From assembly GCA_000320545.1 (NCBI GenBank), contig ADNK01000183.1, positions 1 to 35,564 of the forward strand: a stretch of 35,564 nt of DNA, in the 5' to 3' direction. Positions 13,538-24,936 of the stretch are shown here, one piece after another. Each line of letters begins with the position of its first letter. The first letter of the stretch is position 1. Source of the DNA: Bigelowiella natans CCMP2755. Taxonomy: Eukaryota; Protista; Cercozoa. The position numbers were made by a program, and so were the translations under genes. The notes under the pieces were generated by a model that was not told where the DNA came from, ran no database searches, and saw only the letters and a program-made list of their open reading frames with translations.

Positions 13538-14295
13538 GTATGCACCAGCAGCAGTTGTTTTATTCTCATTTTTTGCATCATCTCCTTTCTCTTGCTTCTC
13601 CTCCAAATCATCTTCTCTGGCAGGTTCACTTCTAGATACTTTTTTCTTTCCCACAAGAGCTGACGGAGAAATCGGATTTAATTGTGAGCTGTCACGTCCC
13701 CAGAAGAGATGCAATCAATTTCATTTAGTATTCAAATTGTTTTCGATTGGTGAGAGAATAAGAGATAACAAATTGAATACGTCACACAACATCCTAGGAT
13801 GATGTAACGACACAACGAAACAGGAAGACACCAACACGCAAACCACCTCCCATTCTTTCTCGATGGGAGAAAACGATCTCACCACAAAAAAAGGTTAATT
13901 ATCTTTTCGGCTCTCGTCGCCTTTCGTGCTCAAAGCCATCATAAGTCGTACGCCCTGAATTCCCCTGCGATTCATTGGCCTCTCCATGTTTTTAGTGGAT
14001 AGATTTTTCAGAATCCTTTGCATGCTGGCAAAACAAGCAAGCAACACCAAAAATCTAGTCTTTCTTACGGTAGTTCCGATTTGTTGGATTTCCTGCAGGA
14101 AAGCCCAAACACGGAGGATAAAATCTATAAATTAGGCAAGATCTTTGTCGCATGAAGAAATAGCCTGTACAGTTCGCGCTCACTCTGAGGGCATATAAAA
14201 CTTAACGATCAAATAGGGTGGTGACTACTCCTCTCCCAGCTCTCTGGTATCGAAACGACGGGCTGGTAAAGCGGTATAGACACAACACTGCCAGG

Positions 14296-17200
14296 ATGTC
14301 TGAACAGGCAGCTGATATTCTAATAAAGAAAGCGGAAGGGAAGCGGACTCAGCTTCCACCGCCATCACGATCTTCAATCAAACGAATATCTACGAATCTG
14401 AAAAACGTCCCTATTCTCTCTAAGCTCACAGATGAGGAGCTTGGGAATGTTCAAAAGGTCTTGTTTTGGCCCTTGATTTTACATAAATCTCATAAACCAA
14501 CACGTTCAGGCCTGCAGCAAGTTTTCGGTTCATGCACGCGAAGTTATTTTTCGGCAAGGGGATGTGGGAGATGCGTTTTACATCATTACAAGTGGCAGTG
14601 CCAAAGTTCTCTACACATCGGTAGAATACACTAACTGTGTAAATCTCATCGAAGCGATTAATGCAAAGGCTTACAAGAAGGAGCAATATCATTTAGGCTG
14701 AGGGTAAAACACGGGAGATTGCTGCTTTGAAGGCAGGAGATTACTTTGGTAAGAAATTATTTTTATCAACAATTGTAACAAACTATAGTTTAATGTTACA
14801 TTTAATGTTAAAGGTGAAAGTGCGCTCCTAAATCGCGCACCAAGAGGAGCTTCTGTGGTAGCGGCTGAGGAATGCATGTCAGCCGAAAATCAAGAGAACA
14901 TTTTATGTCGTTGCAGTATATTTAACGATATAATCTTCATTCAGACTTCTCATGTGGAGTGTGGATGCATTTAAGAAACTTTTTCCGTCGCTGAACGTCA
15001 CATTTGCTAAACGAGGAGCAATTAGTGCTGAAGTAAGAAATTTTAGAATCAAAAGTTGGGTTCAGCCGAAAATTGGATACCCCAAAATTTGTAGGATGAC
15101 AGTATAGGAGCAAGTAGATTTAAACCTCCTGTCGAAGCAAGACGAAACAAGTCGAAAGGTCGTGCGAAAAACTTCGAGTTTTATCTCAATGTTTATTTTT
15201 CTTTCTCTCTCAGAGGTTGCGCAGAAGATCGCTTCTGTTGTAACAGAAAATCCCATGTTCAGGGCTTTGACGGAACACGTCATAAACAATGTGATTGCAA
15301 TGATGTACAAGATTACAATAAAGAAAGGTCTCCACAATCTTAATTTATATTTATGGTGATCTACCATGCACAAAATTTTATATTTTGAAATAGGCACGTC
15401 ACCCATCCAGCAAGGACAAATGGGAGACCTCCTTTATGTAGTTGAAAATGGATCTTTTTGTGTAATTCGTAACGGAGTGGTTGTAGGAAGCCTCGGTATT
15501 AAAATTTTCTAAAAATCATAATTTTACATACCTATTCTTAAGTATCTCTGTAAATTGCAGGGGGTTGGTCTTTGTTTGGAGAATTAGCTCTGATGTATAA
15601 TGCACCCCGTGCAGCAACAGTTACAGCTCTTTCAGATTCGGTAGCCGGAGATTGAATTGAAACATGAAGGCATCGCAAATCAATCCTCTATTGTTTAGGC
15701 GGTATGGGTTGTGGATAGATTTACATTCCGTCGAATTCTAAGGACTGTAAGCGAAGAGGTTAGAGTACTGGATTCGATGAAAGATTTCTGCAACTAATTT
15801 ATATCTTGTTCAGGATCTAACACAGAACGTATGGTTTCTGTCGAAAGTTCCTCTTTTGGCACCACTAGCGCAGTACGAAAGAGAGAAAATAGCGGAGGCC
15901 CTTGAAGAGATTAAATATCGAAAGGCAAATTAGATTCAAAATTGATCATGAGAGTGAGTATAATTGATTTAACATTTTGGGCATACTACAAAAGGGAACT
16001 GCAGTTGTTGAAGAAGGAAAGCATGGAAGCTGCATGTACATTGTAAAGTCTGGAGAGTTAGAGGTATATTCTTAAATTCTTTGTAAATTAATTTTTTGTA
16101 AAGTGACTACAATACCGCAATTGTATTGAAGGTCATCAAAGAAGGTGAAAAGGTGCATACTTACAAAACTGGGGATTTCTTTGGTGAAAGGGCTCTAATG
16201 CTGAAATCAGTAACAACTTTTATGATCTACTACGATAAACAGAATCATAAATATCAACATATAGGCCAGGGGGAAAAGGGCTGCTTCAGTGAAGTGTGTC
16301 TCTGACTGCATGCTGCTTAAATTAGATCGGATGGCTGTGGTAAGAAATACTATTCAACATAAATTCGTTCCTGTTACAGATATTTTTTGGGAAAAGGAAT
16401 TACTTCTTGGACCAATACATGGGCTTCTGGAGGAGAAAAGCAAATCTTACGACAAATTGTAACTGCTGTATTCTCCACATCTATTGGGCCATAAAGCAAA
16501 TTTTGTCATATTTCAGAAAAGATATTCCCGACGAAAGAAAAGATTCCAAATACATTTTTCAACTAAAGGATCTGGAATTTGGAAGGTATTAATAGTTTAA
16601 CTCTTCTGTACAATAGCAAAACTTTTTCATTTTGTATATTTTGCAGAATATTGGGTCGAGGATCATTCGGAGTTGTCCGTATTATCACTGATCCGGATAA
16701 AAATGGTCTTCAGAAGTGTGATTAAATCAAATCCCAGTGTGATTGGTAATTTTTCCTTTAGTTTACGCCCTCAAAAAGATATCGAAGGCACATGTTGTTG
16801 CGCATTCACAACAGGCAAGACTAAATGATCTCAGAATAAATTATGTCTCGCTTAAAACTGATTCATCGTATATTCATCTTACTCTTTATCTGCCTCTTCT
16901 TTATCAGACACATCATATGAATGAGAAGAAAGTTATGGATATACTAAATCACCCATTTCTTGTAAAGCTATATGCGACCTTTAGAGATGATGAATTCGTC
17001 TACATGCTACTCGAGCTCTGCAATGTATACTAGACATTTGTATTTTTAATTGAAGTGTATAATCACTAACATTATGTATATATTCAGGGTGGGGAATTAT
17101 TTACTTTGTTACGAGCACACATATGTTTTCCATTGAAGACTGCCCAGTTTTATGCAGCATCTGTAATATATTTTATTAATACTGCGTGAAACGCCTGAAG

Positions 17201-18205
17201 ATGAAACATCTACAGGTTACGATGATGTTCGAATACATGCACAGTTTAGGGATAATTTATAGAGATTTAAAACCTGGTAATTTAACCCATCGGTTACATC
17301 AAAAATTCATTTTATGAAAGTGTTGAAGAATTTATCCACTTCCTCTCAGAGAATCTTTTGATCGATGGCCACGGGTTTTTAAAGCTAACAGATTTCGGTT
17401 TCGCAAAAGAAACAAATGGGAAGACCACCTATACTTTATGTGGCACACCCGACTATCTTTCCCCCGAAATTCTGACAGGGTGATTGTAACTCCTTTTTCT
17501 TAAATCATCCTTAGAGTTGCTATGTTTTAGTTCTGGACACGGTGTTGGAGTGGATTGGTGGTGTCTGGGAGTGTTGCTGTATGAAATGATAAGCAGCTAT
17601 GCTCCTTTCTTTGATGAGTCTCAAACTGTGACATTCCAGAAAATATTGCAGGTGAAGAGAATTTAACTTTTTACCATGCATCTGTTAGGAGCATTTTACA
17701 CATTAATCAAACTATTTTGTTTCAAGGAAAATCCCCGGTTCACTTCGGACTTTTCTGCTACATCAAAAGATCTGATAAGGCAACTTCTGCGAAAAAAACC
17801 AACGAAGAGGCTTGGAGTGACTAGTGTAAGAATCACAGTTTATGTTCATAATAATTTCCCTTTTCGTCATACCAATTTATTTATTCAGGGTGGGGCTTCA
17901 CGAGTCAGGAAACATGCCTTCTTTAAGGGATTTGACTTCAATGCTCTTCTAGAGCGGCAACTAAAACCACCCATCATTCCCAAGGTAGGTTACGGATGCT
18001 TCCATTTTGAACTTTTATCATCCGTACCCATATCGCAACCTATGTGAAGATCTCACGAACTCTTTACTTCTGAATGTTTTAGGTAAAAAGTCCGTCTGAT
18101 GTCTCTGCATTTGACAAATATGATGAAGCCGAGATTCAAAGAGAGAAACGAGCATGGAATCCACCCAAGGGTTACAATGATGATTGGGAAAAATGTTTTG
18201 GCTGA
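14296..18205 (+). CDS. Cyclic-nucleotide-dependent protein kinase (PKG architecture: three cNMP-binding domains plus AGC kinase), ~20+ exons
   Basis: CNB-A: [15 protein letters not shown]…[23 protein letters not shown]: [16 protein letters not shown]…[20 protein letters not shown]: [16 protein letters not shown]…[20 protein letters not shown]. Kinase: [60 protein letters not shown] tail PPIIPK…DDWEKCFG*. Confidence 0.93.
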
Positions 18206-18399
18206 CAATCCACCCATCATGTTACATGTTATCTTAAAGCTTGGACTCTAGTTGTACATTTTTACTCCACTTCGCAGCATGCGAGTGATATGTCATGAAT
18301 GTAAATAGTATATATCTGTTACTCGACGACGGGTTACCACGCTCAGATTACGCAAAGCACATAATGAGACTTCGCATGTGTTCTAGTGTTCGCTTCCAA

Positions 18400-18900
18400 T
18401 TTAGCAATGCAATGGCGGATGAAAACTGTAGAGACATGTGTCTACAGATACCTGTGTCTCCATGCGCTACGCTTGCGTGCGACCCCTACCTCTAGATCTC
18501 GCTATGCGGGCTGCGTGGGCCATTGCGTTGAGCAATCGACTGGTGAGCCACCCGGCTAGTCGGTGTGCCCTGGCTACTAGCTGGTATCGTACCCATTGTA
18601 ATAGCTAGCTGGATCTGTGCGCGCGGTGCCAAGTTTCAAGCAGTATCACACAGCTAGACAGTAGTGCCACGCTAGCACGCTAGCACGCTCTAGCGCTAGT
18701 CCAGTAGTACCACGTACATGCGATGTGCAGTTATTGCATGTGTGCGATGCGCCGCCGATCGCATGGCTGCATTATTGTTGTGCTCGATCGCATGCCGATC
18801 ATCATTGCGGCATGGGAACGTAAATAACATGCATGTTGCACTAGTCTTGTAGTGCATATTTCGTGTAGATTCGATAATTTTAGACTTGAAATAAAATATG
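18400..18900. other. Partially TpA-depleted, CTAG-rich interval between convergent 3' ends
   Basis: Many CTAG and TGCA/CATG words and short tandem duplications (GCTAGCAC x2), but some unprotected TpA remain. Confidence 0.5.
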
Positions 18901-19115
18901 AAATCATGCTCTCTATCTACTGTTTGCATATTGTATCGCATCTGCTATCATGATGATCGCGATGGTGTACGTGTGACCGTCATGTTCTAGTGTTGACATC
19001 TGCTGCACTATGTTTTTGTAAGCTCAACATTTATGCAGTAACATGGTAGGCATCGCATTAATTATGGACATCTTTAAAGTGCACCAAATGTTTCTCTAGT
19101 GATGTTTGGATACTT

Positions 19116-20018
19116 TCAGTCATCTTCAAGAACTTTTAGAGCAGTTGGCTTTCCCTGAACGCACAGGGATTAACATCAGCACAGACTTAATTATTCATAA
19201 AAATTATTAAACCTCAGCTTTGAGCTCCTTAGCCTTTTTCTGAAGAACCTCTTTCGTCACAGGCTCTAGACGACTTTCCAATTTGGGATCCTGTGAGATA
19301 ATACTTTTTAAAACACCATCATCACAGCAAAAAGTTTTATTTGAGGAAAGCAATATCTGTACCACGTCGCCCATCATAACAACGTTATCTCCACGGATAA
19401 CATACACACCAGCCTCCTAATTAAATAGATTTTGTATTAGATTTTGTATCCGGGTATACGAGGATGCTTTAGAACATACCTTGCTGTCTGTGTAATACTT
19501 ATCCACAGCTTCCCTTATTCTTGCATTGACTAGCACGATGTTTGCATTTCTATCGAAGGTGCTGGAAGAAATGGGATTGGGAAATAAATCACAATTTTCA
19601 AATGAAATTAAGTATTCACGACCTAAGATTCCCAACGATATTGCGTCCGTCTCGTAACACTACTAGCATTCGCTTGTCAAGGAAGCTTATGAGTGACGTT
19701 CGAACTGCGTGCCTGGAAACATTGCATTCAAATTGAGCACTGAATCAAACCACCTAACACAGAAAATGAAGTATTCTTACTCAACAAAGGGGTCCGTTTG
19801 TTGTTGGACCTGGTATAAGAATGAGATCAAGATCAGAACTACCGTCGAATTTAAGAATAACGCTACTCAATAACAACCTTGTGGTTAGTTCTTGGTGGAC
19901 CTCCACCATAAGTATTATGTGACTGATAATGATAGTTTTGCTGATGGTGACGCTGATCCCGAACAGGTGTTGCGTTGGTGCCACTGGTGGACGAGGGGAC
20001 CGGGTGACCCTTCCGCAT
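19116..20018 (-). CDS. LSM1: Sm-like protein LSm1 with a low-complexity N-terminal extension, 7 exons
   Basis: Spliced product MRKGHPVP…GGGPPRTNHK|VQQQTDPFVE|HAVRTSLISFLDKRMLVVLRDGRNIVGNLS|TFDRNANIVLVNARIREAVDKYYTDSK|EAGVYVIRGDNVVMMGDV|DPKLESRLEPVTKEVLQKKAKELKAE|GKPTALKVLEDD*. Sm1/Sm2 motifs and the C-terminal helix are typical of LSm1 (LSm8 less likely). Confidence 0.85.
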
Positions 20019-20520
20019 ATGCCTTCCCAACTGCAAGGATGGCTGCTTGCTTGTTTTTGTTTGCTTTAAAGCAGCGGAAAGAAGGACGACGACAAGACAA
20101 ATTGCGAACGGAGAAAGAACGGACGAAAAGACACGAACACGAACGAACAGCAAGTGAAATGCTGAGTTCTCTACATCAATACTCAGTCAGAAAGGCAGGC
20201 GAAAAGATAAACTTAAAAGCAGAGGGAGCTCCTCTTGGTATTCATTTCTCGGTTCTTCTGCATCTTTCTCCCTTTGTGTCAGTGGTTTAACTATTGGGTG
20301 ATGTGGAAAATAATCAGATTTGTCCCTAAAAAACCTAGGGGGGACCGGACGAAAGCACCCCTTAAAAAGTTATTCTAATGGGAAAAGGCCTTATTTAATT
20401 CAAAATTTGAAGGTATGATAGGTCTTAATATGCCTCCTTACCCAAGCTGCAATTGAAGCCTCTACCTTCGCCAGAAATCCACAGGCGGGTGCGATGCCCC
20501 CGAGCAGATCGTCCATTGAA

Positions 20521-22043
20521 ATGCTTCTACATTCTCTACTCCTCCTCGCTCCCTTCTCTAGTGCTGCTTGGTACCAAGGAGCACCTTCTCAAACGGTTAA
20601 GGATGCTTACGCTACTAGGAGCAAAATTAAGGATCCTCCCACAACCTTCCCGGAAATGTCTTCGTTGCAGTGGGCTGAAATGCCACCCATGAGAGGTGCT
20701 TTCAGAACTCCTGAAGCTGGTATATGCATAGCAGCACGTCTGTTCTCGATGGTGAAATACCAGATGGATCAGTGCCTTGTCCAGTTCCCTCTTACCGTGC
20801 TTCCTGTAAATAGAACGAGTGAATACCAGGAGGCAGGCGTTCACGCAACAAAAGTTTCCTTGCTTGAGATTCAAGAAGATTATTGGAATCCATACTTTGA
20901 TTCTCGTTGGTGCGCGAAGCAGTCAGAAAAGTGGGGATTAGTTGCTCGTGGACAACCAGAGGGATACCCAACCCTACGGCAGGGTGAATTTGTGACAGTA
21001 TTGGGCTCCGCCAATTCTTATGGCGCCACCATCGATATCGGGAAGGCATGGACAGAGATACTCGGAAAGTGAGCAAAGAGAATCTAATTTTCTATCCTAA
21101 AAATAGTAATTTCTGATGTAGTTTCTGATGGACTTGTACCTCTACAGGCAAACAGGAACCCAAATAATCAACATTGCCACTGGCGGTGCCGGTCCAGGAT
21201 ACTACATTGCAGGCTGGCCTCAATTCGAACAGTATCTCATAAAAGCAAAACTTGTCGTAGTGCAGGTGCGCCCATGTACAGAATCATATCTGAACATCTA
21301 AATGAATTTCGCTCATCAAAATCACTATCAGGCTATGAGCGGGCGCTCCGTCGCAATTCCACGTTTTTTACCAGGATCCCAGGCTATTCGTAACTTAGCT
21401 GTTTTGGGATGCGATTTGAAATGGAAGGTTCAGGGGCAAGGAGTAGATGTGTTACCTTTCCTTCAGACCCTATGGAACACTAACCGTACAACGGCTCGTA
21501 CCCTTCTTAATGAAATGCGTCAAGAGCAGGAGAAAGAATACCTCCAGTATGTAGAAAAATGCAATCTATTGTTGACATGTTGCTGAGTGATGATTTTTCA
21601 AACATTACAGGTTAGCTGATATGATCAAGACCGTGAATCCGAACGTGAAAGTTGCTATAATGTGGATGTCAAAGCGAGACCTGGATAATACTTTCACACC
21701 TGATACGACCGATAACATTGGAAAGATTATGGATTTTCCACATTTTGTTGATAAGACTATGTTAAGCCGTATTGGCTTAAAGTACGATTACGTTGTGAAT
21801 ATCAAACGTCCTCCAGATGTGAGTGTTGAATCGTGGGAAAGCGAACTTGTGGAAAATCATTACTGCGGATGTGAAAGTTTTGCTAAAGAGGTTTGCTCGC
21901 TCTCCGAGTATAGAAATAACTTCGAGAGAAATGAAAAATGTGCTTGCAAGGCTGTCAAACAAGATTACTACTCGACATCAACTGTTCATGCTCAAACCGC
22001 GAAGGAAATAGGAAAACTTATCACGTCTCTTTCAGCACCTTAA
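20521..22043 (+). CDS. Secreted DUF6473-like (SGNH-fold-like) protein, 4 exons
   Basis: Signal peptide MLLHSLLLLAPFSSA. Motifs ARG…FVTVLGSANSYG…WTEILGKQTGTQIINIATGGAGPGYY…KAKLVVVQAMSGRS…IMWMSKR…FPHFVDKTML…DYYSTSTVHAQTA resemble, from memory, bacterial DUF6473 (RGP…GAAQTFG…NLG..GAGP…VQVMSGRS…FPQLV…YYPS..MH). Exons ~20521-21068, 21149-21264, 21332-21546 and 21610-22043. Confidence 0.72.
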
Positions 22044-22169
22044 CCAGTTGAAATGTACATAGTTTGTTTTAGTTTATTTATCAGCTGTAACTTTAACGGC
22101 GATATAAATTTACATTGGACGAATAGAGCAAGCTAAGGTGCACTTTTTCTTCACAAAGCAAGTCTGAGA

Positions 22170-24400
22170 ATAAACGATACAATCATACTTCGCTGTTGAA
22201 ATGTGATCATGTCTGTTCATGATGCTACTTTGTGCGCAGCGAGCTCGTGATTGGTTGACTGTGCCCATGTGTGGCAATGTGGAACACAGGATGCGCATGT
22301 GTGTGCTAGCTAGTGTGGCCTACAATTTTCCAGTTCTACGTTGATGACGTCTAGACGTGTGCAGCGGCATGCACACGCAATTGTTGACAGCTCTAGAGCC
22401 ATGCATCTAGCTAGTGACAGTTGGCACTGTCGCTAGCAAGCTTACGTCAATGTCATCTAGTCATGCAAGGCAGGTAGCGCCTTGTGGCATCAATGACATG
22501 CAGTCCACGACTGTGATGGCTAGATGGACCGGTCCATCTGGGCTCCACTAGTCTAGCTAGCTAGGGATCATCCATCGCCAGAGCGGCGTGTGTCCTGGTG
22601 CTGAAGTTGCAGTTTAGCTCGGAAAAATGAGGACTAGCTGCCACTGCATCACAATCACAACCACTCCAGCACACCTAGCTAGCTCTGGAGCTCCAGAGCT
22701 CCAGCACTCTAGCACTGCTAGACTGACCACACCACCACTGGACCAGACCAGCTAGCCATCAATCACACGTCCATGTGATGCTGTGGACAACACGCGAACT
22801 CGCTAGCTCGGCCAATTGCGCAGCACCAGACAAGAACACGCGCACGACGGTGTTGTGCATCACAACTAGACAACGTGGTGGGCTAGTGGGGCTGGACTGT
22901 GGAATGTGTCAAGTTGAACTCGCATCGCACACTGCAGCCTCAGCTGTGAGGACAAAGACCCAGCTAGCCAGAGACGGATGTGGTCAATCAAATTGAGTTT
23001 GTACAATGTGATCATCCCAACTAGCCAATGCAGCTGGGCAATGCAGCGCCAGAGCGGCCACGCGCCAATGTTGAACCTGTTGGTCTCTGTGTGACGTGTT
23101 TCGTGCAATCAAGTGCGCATTTGATTCAGTCTTTGCACGAACGTCGCGCATTTCGCGCAGCAGCACGGCTTCCTTCTCAACACGCAAGCCAATCTTTGTG
23201 TTTCGTGACACGAATCACTGTGGCAGTGAGCTGATTCCAGTGCTGAGTGTGTGGCAGTGTGGCAGTCCAGCAGTTGCCAAGCAGTGCTGGAGTGGAAACG
23301 TCTGGACACACAGAGGTGCGACCTGCCAGCTAGCCAGCTGCGTCGCTCAGGCCTTGCTAGCTAGAGACCAGCAGACGTGCGTTCTGAGTGGTGAGGACAG
23401 GAGGGGCTTGAGCCCTGAAGCCACGAAGTTTTGTGGCCCATCTGAGGAACCACACCAGCACTGCACGGACAGTCGTGGGAGCACCAGAGCAGGACGAGCT
23501 AGCGAGTGACGTTGCACAACCACAACTTTTGAGTCACAGCTAGACAGTGCTAAATTGCTGGAGTGCTGAGTGTGCAAAATCGCACTGCACTGCCAGACTG
23601 CTGAACTGTTCCATTCCAGCGTTCTGGCGTTGTGCGCGAAGTGAAGTCACGCCAGCACACTTTGTGTGTGTCAGAACACAGTTGCCATTCGCGGAACGAA
23701 ACAGTAGTGGTGCGACCAGTCCTAGACTAGCAGAGTCCAAGAAGCAGTGCGATTCCACCAACACTGTCCAGCACGTGTGGCACTCTCCAGCTCTGGTTGT
23801 GGTGTTGTGGCGGTCCAGTCCAGCAGTCTGGCGGCAGTGCTCGAATGGTCCAGCTAGCCAGGTGCGAAATGGACTTTCTGAGCTTTCACATTTGTCATGG
23901 CCCAACACCCAGACCTCTGATGACTGGACAGTGACCATTCTTTGTTTCTTTGAACCAACACACAGCCAACCCCTCCAGCCTGTGCAAGCTTGGAACACTC
24001 TGGCACTTGGTTGTGTTGTGCGGCAGCGTTTTTCCCCACCACCAGACCACTGAGCAGCAAACATCAAAATTGGGTGCGGAACTACCTGACAACCCCAGAC
24101 CCCTGGATGTCCCCGTGGGCTGAACTTGTGGCTTCGGGACGGGAGAGCAACTGCAGTGCTCTCGGTAGGCAATTGTCGGAAGGTTTGCTTCGTGGGGCAA
24201 GCCTTCCTGCCAAATGTTTCTTCCGGCGACACAATCTTTCCATTGTCGCCATCTCATGAACCCCATGGATGTGCGATGATCTTCATTTTGCAGGTAAGAG
24301 TCGCAACAAAACCAAAACGGTGGCGCTGTGAAACTCGAGACTCTCTTGAGATCCTGGACTGAACTGTTCAGTGAATTGTTTCGACTCTAGACGAAGCAGA
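22170..24400. pseudogene. TpA-erased domain containing a degenerate, Cys/His-rich ex-coding or repeat sequence of unknown origin
   Basis: TpA survives nearly only in CTAG/CTA/TAG. Long overlapping ORFs on both strands are almost devoid of Tyr and rich in Cys/His, as expected if TAY->TGY/CAY and TAA stops were erased. No family recognised. Confidence 0.55.
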
Positions 24401-24936
24401 AAAGGAAATGTCGATATGTAACTCATCTGTACATCATGTCGCAAAGGAGCATCCAACTGAGATTTCAAAATGGGTATGGTTTATTTTTTACACAGATCTG
24501 ACTGAAACACTTGGCATTGCACGGTCAATCAAGATTCAGAACAATTGGATTTATGATGTGGAAATATGCGGGACTATTCCCATGATTGTTCTAATATTTA
24601 TTTGTCGCGTATACAAAATGCAAATAGGTTCAAGAATATGAGGATAATTAGAACTAAAGTACTTTTGAATTAGTTGGGCCTTGCCCTCTGCACATCAAAC
24701 CATCCCATTCAACTAAGGCACATTCATTCACGCCCCCCCACAAGCAGCTGCTGCCTGGGGTTCTGGCTTCGATTAGTTTGATATAAGAGGCTTGTTGGTT
24801 TCAATATTTTATCCCTCTTTCAAACTTTGAAGATTGGAAAGTCAGTTAGTTGTTCCAACCATCAAGAATCAACTTGGGGACCATCAAATTTCGTCTCTAG
24901 TTTGAATTTGAGGAGCTCAAAAATAGGAACAAATCG

